From: Octopus vulgaris
Lineage: Eukaryota
Length of the DNA stretch: 64,000 nt
Direction: 5' to 3'
Assembly (NCBI GenBank): GCA_951406725.2
Contig: OX597829.1
Location: 27,280,001 to 27,344,000, forward strand
Shown: one piece after another, positions 12,034 through 25,389 of the stretch
How the letters are laid out: every line of letters starts with the position of its first letter
Position numbering within the stretch: the first letter of the stretch is position 1
Made by a program: the position numbers and the translations under genes
Notes under the pieces: generated by a model
The model's input: only the letters and a program-made list of their open reading frames with translations
Told to the model about the DNA's origin: nothing
Databases searched by the model: none

Positions 12034-13229
12034 TTGGGTCATTTCATAAATAATGTGTTTTTTTCAATTGCGTGAACTAAAAACGGGATGGGATAAACTA
12101 CCTGCATCAACTTGCTATAAAAGCAAGTAGTAATTTTACTTTGAACTTATTCTTAGTGCAAGTTTTGAAGAGTGCAGTTTTATTTTAACAGCATTTTTTT
12201 CACAGCTATAATGGAAATGACAAAGGAGCATATTCAGCATATTTTGCTTTATGAGTTCAATAAAGGCAACGACGCAACGGAAAGTACGAGGAATATTAAT
12301 GCAGTATATAGGCATCGGACAATAAGTGTAAGCCAGTGTCAACGGTGGTTCCAGAAATTCTGAGCTGGAAACTACAGCCTGGAAGATGAACCTCATCCTG
12401 GAAGATCTGTAGAGTTTGACAAGAATGTCCTACAAATCCGGTGGAACAAAATCCCATCGTAACTGTTGAGGAACTAGTAGAGAAGCTTGAATTTGGTTAT
12501 TCAATCGTTTATCGACACCTGTGTGCCATCGGAAAAGTCAGCAAATTGGGTCACTAGGTTCGTCACAAACTTTCCGAAGCTAATCATGCATAGAGAGTGA
12601 ATGAGTGCTCTTCTTTGCTGTCACGTCACAAATGAACTAGTTTTGGTCCAAATAGTGACTAGTGATGAGAAATGGGTTCTCTATAAAAATTTTAAGTGCT
12701 GAAGGCAGTGGGTAGGGGACGGAGAAACACTAGCACCTCATGCTAAAGGTCTTCACCCATGTATGGTGTTGTTCTCTGTTTGGTGGGATATTAAAGGTTT
12801 AGTTCACTTTGAACTTTTAAACCCAAACCAAATGATAGCAAAGGAGATCTACAAGCAACTTGAGCGGAATAAGTCAGCACTAGAAGATTTCAAGACACCT
12901 TGGAGCAGTTTGGAAACGCTGCCCCACCCACCATATTCGCCAGACATTGCCCCATCTGATTATCATTTCTTCCGCATTCTTCAAAATCATTAGGACAGAA
13001 AAAATATGAATTGTGTAGATGAGGTCAGAACAGTACTGGAGGAGTATTTTTTTGTCATGGATAACTGAATTTTGGAAGAGGGGGCCTTGCAAGTCTACCA
13101 GATAGATAGAAGAGCACTGTAGGAAATGAAGGAGAGTATATTTTAGATTAAAAAAGAACTTTGTTTATCTTAATTTCGAAAAATAAAAGAAGTATAAAAA
13201 AAAACTGCATTATTTATGGGATAACCCAA
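12034..13229 (+). mobile_element. Full-length defective mariner (Tc1/mariner, DD34D type) in MORN3 intron 2
   Basis: TIRs TTGGGTCATTTCATAAATAATG / CATTATTTATGGGATAACCCAA flanked by TA; transposase MEMTKEHIQHILLYEFNKG..., IVTSDEKW, HPPYSPDIAPSDYH with stops and frameshifts. Confidence 0.93.
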
Positions 13230-13660
13230 TATTTTGAGAATTTAATACATACCATTTAGTGTATTTTTTGCTAAACACTGAAGTAGTAGATTAACAAGAT
13301 TATATAATGTACATGCACACACACACAAACAATGAGTGAAAAAATGTTAGTCTAAGTGTAATATAGATAGTCACGAAGTAGTACTTAGAGAGATCAGAAT
13401 CTTGAACTGCAGCATCACCAGGGTGAGGTAGTTGAGAGGTAGAAATATTGGCTAGAAGAACAATGAAAATTGAGGGAGTACAGAAGTAGAAAGACAGATA
13501 AATGATGACAGGTGTAATGAGTGTAATTAAATGGAAAGATGTGTATACAATTTACATAATGTAATCAAGTCATATTTTTACAGCTGTTTCAAATGGTTGA
13601 TGATGAGTTGATATAACAATGCATCTTATGTAAGCAAGTGCCATATTTGTAAGTATATAT

Positions 13661-13820
13661 AAGGCGGTGAGCTGGCAAGAAAACTAGTATGTTGGGCAAA
13701 ATACTTATCGGTATTTTATTTGACTTTATGTTCTGTGTATCAATTGATCACTGGGGTAGATATAGTTGACTCACCCACTCCCCCGAAATTGCTGGCCTTA
13801 TGCCAAAATTTGAAATCAGT
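13661..13820 (+). mobile_element. SINE family B, degenerate
   Basis: aaggcggtgagctggcaaga...cccccgaaattgctggccttatgccaaaatttgaaa. Confidence 0.7.
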
Positions 13821-14243
13821 AATGTAAGTATATATATGGTATCAATCAGTATGGAATTTGATAGTTCTGTGCAGCAGAGGCACATCATTCCCTTCAGAAG
13901 ATAAAGGGAATTTTTTTCTTTAATGGTTCGTTTTCTAAGTCATAAATTATTTGTTAAAATGCTAGTTCTAGTATAGTCCCATTCCTAAACTAAGTGTCAT
14001 CATGATCATCATTCACTTTTCAATGCTTACATGGTTCGGATGGAATTTATAGAGGCAGATTTTCTATGGCTGGATGCCCTTCCTATGACTAACCATCACC
14101 TGTATCCAGTAAGATAATATTTCTCTGGCCAGACATGTTTCCATGGAAGATTGGAAACAAATTGCATTGCTTGCATGATAGAGTCAATTGCATACAACTA
14201 TCATACTATGTCAAGACAAGGAAGAGATAGTAACACACACATA

Positions 14244-14503
14244 TCATCATCATCATCGTTTAACGTCTGCTTTCCATGCTAGCATGGATTGGATGATTTG
14301 ACTGAGGTCTGGCAAACCAGATGGCTGCACCAGACTCCAGTCTGATCTGGCAGAGTTTCTACAGCTGGATGCCCTTCCTAACACCAACCACTCCGAGAGT
14401 GTAGTGGGTGCTTTTACGTGCCACCGGCACGAGGGCCAGTCAGGTGGTACTGGCAACGGTCATGCTCAAATGGTGCTTTTTATGTGCCACCTGCACAGGA
14501 GCC
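14244..14503 (-). mobile_element. RTE LINE 3' end
   Basis: Reverse complement of the ggcacgtaaaagcacccactacactctcggag...gttaaacgatgatg terminus. Confidence 0.85.
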
Positions 14504-15781
14504 ATATATAGGTAGAAAGGCAGAAAACACTAGTAGGCTGGAGATGTATATATATATATATATATATATATGGCATAAAAAATGCAACATACAGAAGAAA
14601 GAACTCCTCTCAAATAGGGCAATGAAACAATCTATTTACCCCATCATTCCCATACAACACCTCAAAACTCAGGGCATATCCTACAGCTTATCCTGATCTC
14701 TAATTTTTGGAGGAACCCCTTACAATGCAAATCATCACATTTGTAAATTATGTTGCTGGAAATGGCTCGCTGTATTATACCAAAATGAGACCTCTTCACT
14801 AAATCAATTCTCTGATGTAATCTTTGCTTGTTGACATTAATTCTACAGGACTTTTGCCCATTACATAAAATCATGGTTACTTCTCATTGTCTTAGCTAAA
14901 ATTCTCTTTTACTGACTGTAATTTCTTTTACCACTCCCTACTCCCTTACCATAGCGATTAATTATCACATGTCTCTGTTGTTCTTAACTGTTTTATCTTG
15001 TCAGTGAGGTTTCTACAATGATCCCTCTGCCATTTTACACTGACAATGTTACCTCTTCAAGCAACTATTAACTTTATCTTCTCTGTCTTGTCTTTGTCAA
15101 ATAGCATCATCTCACATCTCCCCTTAACTACCCTTTCCATTTTACTGTTCTCTCAGCTTTCTTGAGCCCCTTTCTCATCACCCCATTCTGTTCTCTTGAA
15201 ACCTCTCTTGTACACATTGCTATGAAATACACATTTGCCACTTTGATTTTGGTGAGGGTTGCTTAACTTACTTTATCAATTTCATTGGAACTATGACATC
15301 ATGCAAAAATTATGTATGAATATGCTTGTAATGTAAGTTACGTTTGTCCTGAAACAGCTGTTGAGATATGATTTTAGATAATTCTTGTTTTACTTTATTT
15401 TTTTCTTTATTCTGTAGCCTGTATTTTGTACTCCTACCTGTGTTTATCTGCCTTTCTACCTCCATAACACCTTGATAAGAATAGTTCTTATAGCTAACTT
15501 TTAATTCAGAGGCACTACCTCCGGATGATGAAGTTGGTGTTTAACTTCCCAACTATTTGAGTACTGCTCAGTGTTAACTTTACATGTTTATTTCACTTTC
15601 ACTTAACTCACCATATATATATATATATTCCTGTATGTTATATATTTTATATGTAAAGCATATGTTATACATGTATGTATATTGTTATAATTGTCAGTTT
15701 AGTAAATAAATAAATAAGTTAACATAATATAATGTCTAAAAGTTCATGAACCACCTATAGATCCCCTCCATTTTCTTATTG

Positions 15782-15832
<51 letters not shown>

Positions 15833-15983
15833 ATACATATATATATAGAGAGAGATACATGCAGGTATATCATCATCATTTAATGTCCATTCTTCATGCC
15901 AGCATGTGTGTGTGTGTCTATGACATTATCTATACTTAACTTTGCTTATGGCATATATAATAGATTTTTTTTTTTTATCTCAC

Positions 15984-16138
15984 ATGTGTTTTGTTGTTTT
16001 TCCATCCTCCAGCATACTGTTTCCGGAGACCGCCATGACCATCTGGAATACTTAGGGTTCCAAATCCATTTCTTTTATCAAAACTCCAATCTCCATCGTA
16101 CATATTTCCAGAGCTTTTCCATCTGTAAGTTCCTTTGC
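15984..16138 (-). CDS. MORN3: MORN3 coding exon 2 (155 nt)
   Basis: Acceptor tttctgaaatAG; (G)KGTYRWKSSGNMYDGDWSFDKRNGFGTLSIPDGHGGLRKQYAGGWKNNKTH contains MORN repeats (YxGxW...GxG); phase-0 donor GTGAGA. Confidence 0.95.
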
Positions 16139-16180
16139 CTATTTCAGAAAGAAGAAACATTCCCATAAATTTTAGTTTAA

Positions 16181-16212
16181 CTACTACTACTACTACTGCC
16201 TACTACTGCTGC

Positions 16213-16248
<36 letters not shown>

Positions 16249-16340
16249 CACAACTACTACTACTACTACCACTGCTAGTACTTACTACTACAACTTCTAC
16301 TTCTACTACTACAATTACTACAACTACAACTACTACTACT
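16181..16340. repeat. (CTA)n-rich microsatellite just upstream of the MORN3 exon 2 acceptor
   Basis: Direct observation. Confidence 0.9.
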
Positions 16341-17660
16341 GCAACAGATTTTCTACAGTTGGATGTCCTTTCTACTGCCATCACCAGTGCTTTTTATGTG
16401 GCACCAACACCCATACCTATGTTTTTTACACGGCACCTTGATTTTAGGATCTCAGTTCTGTTGTGGTGGGCAGGTCTTCTTGAGTACAATACTGTGCCAC
16501 AAATCTTGGTCCTCTGTTATCACCTTTGTAAGGTTCAGCATTTTGCTATCAGTCTTCAATACTCCATCCCTTCCTAGGTCTCCCTCTTCTCTTCTCAACT
16601 TCTTCCCATTTTAAGTGATCAGCACTCCTTTATGCAACTGTCCTTATCCAACTGCATTACATGACCAAACCAGCACAGTCTCCTCTCTTGCACACTGCAT
16701 ATAATTTCTTTTATGCCCAACTTCTTTCAAGACACCAATACTCTGTTGCACATGCACATCTAGTGGGGCATTCCTGTCCAGCCTTCACATGTCCTCCGCA
16801 TTCATAGCCCACATCTCACTACCATGCAGCATTGCAGTTCATACACATGCATCATACAACCCATTTCTTCACTCAGAGAGACGTAAAAGCTCTCTGGACT
16901 TCTCCATCCTATTCTTATTCTAACAATTACACTTTCTATACAATTTCGTCCCACAGCTGATTAGGTCACCTAGGCAGCAAAAATCATCCACAACTTCCAG
17001 AGAACCACTGGGACATTTAAGGAAATCACTTTCCTGTGTACCTGTGGTCATTATGGTTCCTGCACATCTTCTACATCCAACCCTTTTGCCTCTGTTAAAC
17101 CTTCCTATTATTCTACTGCACCTGTTGTGCAGGTACACTGAATGCAACTTCTGGCCTACACCCTTCCTACATATCGAGCAAGGCCAATTACCAGAAGGGT
17201 GAAGGGCCCTGTCTAATTTCTTGCTTACTAGGACCTTGATCTTTGCTAAGTTAACTTTAAGACCCTTTGATTCCAGGTTCTGTTTCCATACCTGGAATTT
17301 CTTTTCTAATTCTGTTACAGATTCTGCTACAACAGCAAGATCATCAGCATATAGTAGTTCCTATTGGCTTCCAGTCTTAAATTTTTATGTTATGACCTGA
17401 AAGACAATAGTGAATAGGAGTGGGATGAGGACAGACACATGGTGGACACCTCCCTGTACACTACATTCATCAATGTACCCATGGCCAACACTTACCTTAC
17501 TAACAGCACTCCTGTACATGGCCTGAACTGCTTTCACAAGCCATTCATCTATCCCTAGCTTCCTCAGGGACCACCATATCATAAAGTGAAGTACTCTGTT
17601 GAAGGCTTTCTCTAGATCAACAAATGCCAAATACAACAGCTTGTTCTTAGCTAAATACTT
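16341..17660 (-). mobile_element. Older decayed RTE LINE (RT with PHD insert) in MORN3 intron 1
   Basis: YLAFVDLEKAFNRV..MIWWSLRKLGIDEWLV, YADD (tatgctgatgat on minus strand), WPCSICRKGVG, LEVVDDFCCLG. Confidence 0.88.
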
Positions 17661-17661
17661 A

Positions 17662-17856
17662 TGAGGAGGGGTACTGAAAAGTTCCTGGCTTTGGGTAAAA
17701 GGAGAACCAATTAATTATGATTTTATGCAACATATTCCCCTCTCTGATTCACACACTTACTGCAGTGGTCTTTCAGTTTTTCCAAGTCCTGTAAAAGAAC
17801 TCCAACCAGGCCTTTCATGATACTCTTTAAGCCAGGACCTTTTCAGCACACCCTTG
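17662..17856. mobile_element. Mariner-derived MITE (~200 bp)
   Basis: TIRs GAGGGGTACTGAAAAGTTCCTGG / CCAGGACCTTTTCAGCACACCCTTG; second copy at 32778-32999. Confidence 0.8.
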
Positions 17857-17915
17857 CCTATTTATGTACATACATAAATGTGTGTGTGTTTGTGTGTATC
17901 AAAAAGGTTCAAAGA

Positions 17916-18150
17916 TCCTTCCTGAGCCACAGGCTCATATTTCCATTTCCCATGGTGTATATCATATTCTTGCCTATGGATAGGACACTAATCTGGCACA
18001 GAATTACCAATATTTACCAGCTGAGAGGACTGGAGCAACATGAAATGAAGTGTTTTGCTCTGACAAGACAACACATTGCTCGGTCCAGGAATTGAAACCA
18101 CAATCTTATGATCAGGAGTGTAACATCCTAATAACTTTGCCATGTATCTC
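17916..18150 (-). mobile_element. SINE family C
   Basis: Reverse-complement similarity to 11661-11880. Confidence 0.7.
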
Positions 18151-18197
18151 CACCCCTACCCTGCCACATATGTATGTATTCATAAATGTGTTTGTAT

Positions 18198-18231
<34 letters not shown>

Positions 18232-18242
18232 GTGTACACATG

Positions 18243-18560
18243 CATCATCATCATCATTTAATGTCTGTGTTCCATGCTAGTATGGGTGGGATGGTACCAC
18301 AAGATCCAGCCAGGCAAAAGCCTGCACTGGACTTCTTGACTTCTTTGACTGTTTTGGCAGGATTTTTACAGCTGGATGCCCTTCCTAACACCAACCACTC
18401 AGCAGAGTGGACTTGGTGCTTTTTATGTGGCACAAGCACAGGTAAGGTCAGTTTTGGCAAGGTTTTTACAGCTGGATGCCCTTCCAAATGCCAACCACTT
18501 TACAGTGTGGATTGGGTGCTTTTAAGTGGCACCTGCACTGACAAGGTCACCAAGTACCTG
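18243..18560 (-). mobile_element. RTE LINE 3' end with internal tandem duplication
   Basis: tttttacagctggatgcccttcc...ccaaccact occurs twice; (CAT)n tail. Confidence 0.7.
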
Positions 18561-19828
18561 CAAAGCAAAAACTTTTAAGAGGGGAGGAGGAATTGGAGGA
18601 AGTGATGATGAAAAGGTTATAGTGAGACAGATACAGGCGTCTTGTTGTAGAGGAAGTACAAGGTTACTTGGCCGGAGAGAGGGAGATCAGGAATGAAGAC
18701 AGAGACAGGTGTGCTACCACAAAGAAAATACATGGTTGCCCAGCCCGAGGGAAGTGCAGAAGAAGGATATATATATGTGTGTGTGTGCGTGTATGTATAC
18801 AAACACAGACACATATAATGCAATATATATATTTGGTTAGCTCACAGCTATAGAAGTCACTTCACCATGGTGTCAGTGAGATTGAACCATCACTTGGCTA
18901 AGAACCAAAGTTCTTAATAACCTGCAGCTACAGGAAAATGAAAGCATAATCAGTAGAAGCTATTTACGAACACCTTCCAATATTCTCTAGTTTAGTACAA
19001 CTGGTAAGATAATTAGCAATAGTATGAATTTTATACCCAGGTGTTCACTTCAAATATGTACCTCAAGTTCTTGAGAAAAGCATGTACACCACAACTTCAT
19101 ACTATCCTCTACTAAAACAGAAACTATGATGTAGTCAAAAGTAGTCAGATGGCAACCAAACTAGTTAGTCTCTAGATGAGCAGTTCTCAATGTGGGAGGT
19201 ACCACCCCTAAGGGCGCACGAGGCATATCGAAGGGGGCTGATTTTAGAAGGGCATAAACATCACCAGTTCATACTTGTTTGGTTTGGACAGTACATTGCA
19301 TATTTTTCTTCAGAAATATAAATTACATAAACAACAAGTTGGGATTTGACATGGAACTGACTGCTGCTTCTAGCATGACGAAGAGGTCACAAGGATTGTA
19401 GAAGCTCTGTCATTAAAGACAAATAATTATTAAGTGACAAGGGAACCCATCTCTGCTCAAGACTATGAACATATCTTTTATTTATTTATCAAGAGATATA
19501 CTGAAATGCAGTGGAACTGTGTCAATGACAAGGTCGCAGTTGGTGCGATGAAAATGTTCTCTCCAAATAATAGATGTTTAAGTGAAGGTAGCAGTCGTAT
19601 GTTTTTGAATGGCTAATACGTATATTCCACGCTGTAACTGTTTTAGCTTTAAAACACTTCAGATAAAGCCTGGCGAGTACACATCCGGAATTTTCTTCTC
19701 TTCTTTTTTGTCAACTTAGAACCACAACGATTAGAAATCCCTAATCTATAGGTTAAAATTCTTTTTATCTTCTTATCAATAAAAGCACATAATTTGAGAT
19801 GCTATTTCATTGTGAAAGAGACGATATA

Positions 19829-20383
19829 GTAATATTTACCATACCTACACAAGTGTGTCCCACTCTTTAATTTTGTTTCCTCATAACTGTCAGAGAAATG
19901 GATATACTTTAATGAAACTTTCTACAAATAAAGTTCGGATGGTGTAGATTATGATTATATCGGAATTTGATGTTAAAAAAAAAAAAAAAATAAATAAAAA
20001 ATCGCGAACATACATACTGACACCTGCCACATATTATTTTATAAAATAAAACTGGAAATTTTGAAACAAAAATTATGTAGTGTGTGTATGCGTCCACATT
20101 TTTTTTTTTATTTCATTAAATTCTGATATAATCAGTATTTACACCATCTGAGAGGTATTTGTAGAAAAGTTTTGAATGTTATTAGGAATCAAAATCGACT
20201 TGCATAAATTACCTGAAACTCCTATCCGTAAAACATTTTCACAATAAATTCTGATAAAAATCGTAATCTATACAACCTGAAAGGTATCTGTAGAACATTA
20301 CATTAAAAAATATCAATTTTTCTGAAAGGTATGAGGAAACAAATAGTGGGTGGGGCACACTTGTGTAGGTAGGTCATATTTAC
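19829..20383. mobile_element. Non-autonomous DNA element (MITE) with long imperfect TIRs, ~55 bp from the MORN3 exon 1 donor
   Basis: TACCTACACAAGTGTGTCCCAC...tttgtttcctcata...tttctacaaata mirrors gtatctgtagaa...tatgaggaaacaaa...GTGGGGCACACTTGTGTAGGTA over ~100 bp. Confidence 0.75.
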
Positions 20384-20437
20384 AGTACGTTCTGTTCATT
20401 AGAGAAGAGTAGTAATATAATTAGATTAACTATGTAC

Positions 20438-20594
20438 CGTGTTTCATATTGTTGAACCATTCACCCGTAAACTGGTCACCGTTTACAGAGTACACAGTAT
20501 GGTGTACACCGTTCTTCTGTGCAAGTTCGTCCCACTTCGCCCATAATGGTTGTACAGTTTTGGTGTGTCTACCAACAGGTATAGATTTCTTCAT
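20438..20594 (-). CDS. MORN3: MORN repeat-containing protein 3, coding exon 1 (157 nt)
   Basis: ATG at 20594; MKKSIPVGRHTKTVQPLWAKWDELAQKNGVHHTVYSVNGDQFTGEWFNNMKH-G resembles the MORN3 N-terminus (LW..WD..AQ.NG....VY.VNGD...GEW..N.KHG); phase-1 donor G|GTACAT at 20437. Confidence 0.92.
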
Positions 20595-20670
20595 GTCTGG
20601 TTGGAGTTGTAAACTTATCGAAATCACTAACGTTGTTGTTATTTACAATAAACTATAATAATTGTTATTT

Positions 20671-20684
20671 GTTACCAAGGAGAT
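20671..20684 (-). promoter_or_regulatory. RFX-binding X-box in the MORN3 proximal promoter
   Basis: Minus strand ATCTCC-TT-GGTAAC fits X-box consensus RTHNYY-WT-RRNRAC, 77 bp upstream of the ATG of a cilia/flagella-associated gene. Confidence 0.7.
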
Positions 20685-21251
20685 CAAAGGCCGACAAATC
20701 TTGCTATCTTAGTGAATTTACAGCGCTGCCCCTTTTTATCGTTAACCGCGTGGTTCCAGGAAGATGGACAATTAATCTTTACCTTGGATGAGTGAGTGAC
20801 CTCTAACTCTTCTTAACGTATAATTAACATCTGTTTTGAATTGGAATACGGCTTTTAAAAACTTGATTTTTTGTCAAATTTGTTGAAAACAAATAACCCA
20901 ACCTACAATTAGTTTTGTAAACTTTGTTTATCGTAGTAAGTTATATAGGTGACCAATTAAAAAATAATTTCGATACATATGTAACGAAAATGATATTTAT
21001 TGTACCCCATAGTTTTTGGAAACCTTTTCCAGCATTTTTCTATATTTCCATTATTTTACCAATCAGTGTATTTATGTATGTGAGTGAAATATTTTTTAGA
21101 TGTGTATACATATATTTTCCAAGTACACACACGCGTACAAAAAATTGCTTGATGAAGCGACAAGTTGTAAAGAAACATAACTCTTGTTGGAAAAGTTGAC
21201 AAAATCTCTATGCGCGTGGTGAGTTGTTTAAAAATACACTTTAACCAATGA

Positions 21252-22240
<989 letters not shown>

Positions 22241-22244
22241 TATT

Positions 22245-23803
22245 GCCCTATACAGAGAGGTTCTCAGCAAGGTTAGGATCGGCAATGAGTATAGTGAAGA
22301 ATTCCGGGTAGAAGTAGGTGTCCACCAAGGTTCAGCCCTCAGTCCCCTTTTATTCATCATAGTCCTCCAGGCAATAACAGAGTAATTCAAGACGGATTGC
22401 CCCTGGGAGCTCCTCTATGCTGATGACCTGGCCCTCATAGCAGAATCACTACCGGAAGTAGAAAAGAAATTTCGGGTGTGGAAGCAAGGTTTAGAATCAA
22501 AGGGCTTTAGCGTAAATGTAGCAAAGACCAAAGTCATTGTAAGCAGAAAGGCAAACTCATCACACACCCCCTCGGGCAGGTGGCCCTGCTTGATCTATAG
22601 GAAAGGTGTAGGTAAAAACTCCATAAGATGTACCCAGTGTAAGCTATGGATGCATAAGAGGTGCAGCAACATCAAAGGAAAATTAACTGATAAGATAGCT
22701 TTAATGTGCGGCAGATGCACAGGGGCAATAGGCACCGCAGATACTCAGAAAACAGATTCCATCTCGCTTCAGGGGGAGAAACTAGAAGTAGTTGATAGTT
22801 TCCGCTACCAAGGTGACCAAGTTAGTAGTGGAGGTGGATGCTCAGAGAGTGTCATCACTAGAATATGCATAGCCTGGGCAAAGTTTCAAGAGCTCCTACC
22901 TCTACTGGTGACAAAGGGTCTCTCGCTCAGAGTGAAAGGTAGATTGTATGATGCATGTGTGCGAACCGCTATGCTTCACGGTAGTGAAACATGGGCTGTA
23001 ACTGCAGAGGACATGCGTAGACTTGAAAGAAATGAAGCTAGCATGATCCGCTGGATGTGTAATGTCAGTGTGCACACACAACTGAGTGTAAGCGCCCTGA
23101 GAGAAATGCTGGACATAAGAAGCATCAGATGTGGTGTGCAAGAGAGACATTTGTGTTGGTATGGTCATGTACTGCGGATGGATGAGGAAAGTGAAGAAGT
23201 GCCATTCCCAAACAGTTGAAGGTATCAGGGGGAGAGGTAGACCCAGTAAGACACAGGATGAAATAGTCAAGCATGACCTTCGAATGTTGGGCCTTACAGA
23301 AGCAATGATGAAAGACCAAGATCCCTGGAGATATGCTGTGACTGCAAATACCCAGGCTGCTTCCTCCACCAGTTTCGCATAGCCCCAGCCTGTCCAAAGT
23401 ACCTGGATTGCAGAACGAGTGCTGTGCTTACCTTGGATCGTAAGGTGACCTGCTGTGCTTGAGGAGACCTATTGAGTCAAGTACATCAATATCAGTATCA
23501 AAACAAATATCAAATGGAAATTGTAGTTACGCAATACTTGTGCCATCGACTGGCTGCTGTGCCGGTGGCACATAAAAAGCACCATCCGAACGTGGCCAAT
23601 GCCAGGGCTGTCTTCACTGGCTTGTGTGCCGGTGGCACGTAAAAAGCACTCATGGAGTGATTGGCGTTAGGAAGAGCATCCAGCTGTAGAAATACTGCCA
23701 GATCAGACTGGAGCCTGGTGCAGCCTCCTGGCTTCCCAGACCCCGGTCGAACCATCCATCCCATGCTAGCACGGAAAACGGACGTTAAACGATGATGATG
23801 ATG
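22245..23803 (+). mobile_element. 5'-truncated RTE-clade LINE (RT with PHD insert), relatively well preserved
   Basis: GVHQGSALSPLLF, PWELLYADD, 247-aa ORF containing GRLYDACVRTAMLHGSETW, GRGRPSKT; 3' UTR array and (GAT)n tail; flanked by (TA)n. Confidence 0.95.
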
Positions 23804-23929
23804 TATATATATATATATAATAATAAAGGGTAAAATTAATTAATTAATTAATAATTTTACCAAGTAGTTTGGTATGTTAAAAGAACCATTATTGGTAAAC
23901 TTTAAAAAATTTTTTATATCTATGGGTAC

Positions 23930-24200
23930 AATTATAATAAGGGTTCAGCAAAAATTTGTTTCACCACATACCGAAATTTAGAAATAGCAGCTAAAACTAA
24001 CTATTTCACTACTATGAGAAAATCTCCCAGACAACAATACTCAATAGCATACAGTTAATCAAAGCCGGGTGGATTCGTTATTTATCTCTTTTTACCTGTC
24101 TGGGAGATTTTCTTATAGTAGTGAAATAGTTAGTTTTAATTGCTATTTCTAAATTTTGGTATGTGGTGAAGCAAATGTTTGCTGAACCCTAATTATAATT
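23930..24200. repeat. Foldback inverted repeat, 104-bp arms, 63-bp spacer
   Basis: 23930-24033 is reverse-complementary to 24097-24200 with a few mismatches. Confidence 0.9.
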
Positions 24201-24221
24201 ACAATCATAATTATAAAAATT

Positions 24222-24260
<39 letters not shown>

Positions 24261-24860
24261 ATGTATGTATATGTATATATGTATGTATATGAATATATGT
24301 ATGTATATGAATATATGTATGTATATGTATATATGTATGTATATGTATATATGTATGTATATGTGTATATGTATATATATGTGTGTATATGTATATATAT
24401 GTATGTATATATATATATGTATGCATATATATAAGTTTATATATATATATGTTTGTATATATATATGTATATATATGTATATATATATATGTATGTATAT
24501 ATGTATGTATATATATGTATATATATATATGTATATGTGTATATATATGTATATGTGTATATATATGTATATGTGTATATATATATATAAAACGATGATG
24601 ATGATGTATATATGTATATGTAAATATGTATATATGTATATATATATGTAAATATGTATATATATATATATAAGTATGTATATATATGTATATATATATG
24701 TGTTTATATATATATATATATATGTGTGTGTGTTTATATATGTATATATATGTGTGTTTATATATGTATATATATGTGTTTATATATGTATGTGTTTATA
24801 TATGTATGTGTTTATATATATATGTATATGTCTATATATATCTATATATATATGTATAAT

Positions 24861-24908
<48 letters not shown>

Positions 24909-24952
24909 CACACATATATATATACATATACATATATATATATATGTATATA
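24222..24952. repeat. Compound (TA)n/(TATG)n microsatellite
   Basis: Direct observation. Confidence 0.95.
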
Positions 24953-25108
24953 TTCAAAATGTGACCGCATGTGTATCGTTGGTAATTTTTTTCACTCCGT
25001 CTTCCCTTCCTTGGATCTCTCCTTTTCCTATGTCTCTTCCTATGACGAAGAGCTCCACTCAAAACGTTAAATCCTCCTTCTTTCTTTCCTTTCCTGAGCG
25101 TCGAATAA

Positions 25109-25170
<62 letters not shown>

Positions 25171-25189
25171 CATATATATATATATGTGT

Positions 25190-25389
25190 GTGGGTTTGTG
25201 TGTCTGTGTTTGTCCCCCTAGCATTGCTTGACAACCGATGCTGGTGTGTTTACGTCCCCGTCACATAGCGGTTCGGCAAAAGAGACCGATAGAATAAGTA
25301 CTGGGCTTACAAAGAATAAGTCCCGGGGTCGATTTGCTCGACTAAAGTGGTGCTCCAGCATGGCCGCAGTCAAATGACTGAAACAAGTA
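25190..25389 (+). mobile_element. SINE family A, 3' half
   Basis: Near-identical to 63470-63656. Confidence 0.9.

Noticed and set aside
15250-15366. GAAAC-AGCT-GTT with a distant TTGGTGA upstream
   Set aside because: The 5' core is too degenerate and the stems are unconvincing; noted only as a possible relic.
20595-20627. Upstream extension MISISLQLQPD in the ORF track
   Set aside because: It starts at a non-ATG codon; the first in-frame ATG (20594) gives a length consistent with MORN3.
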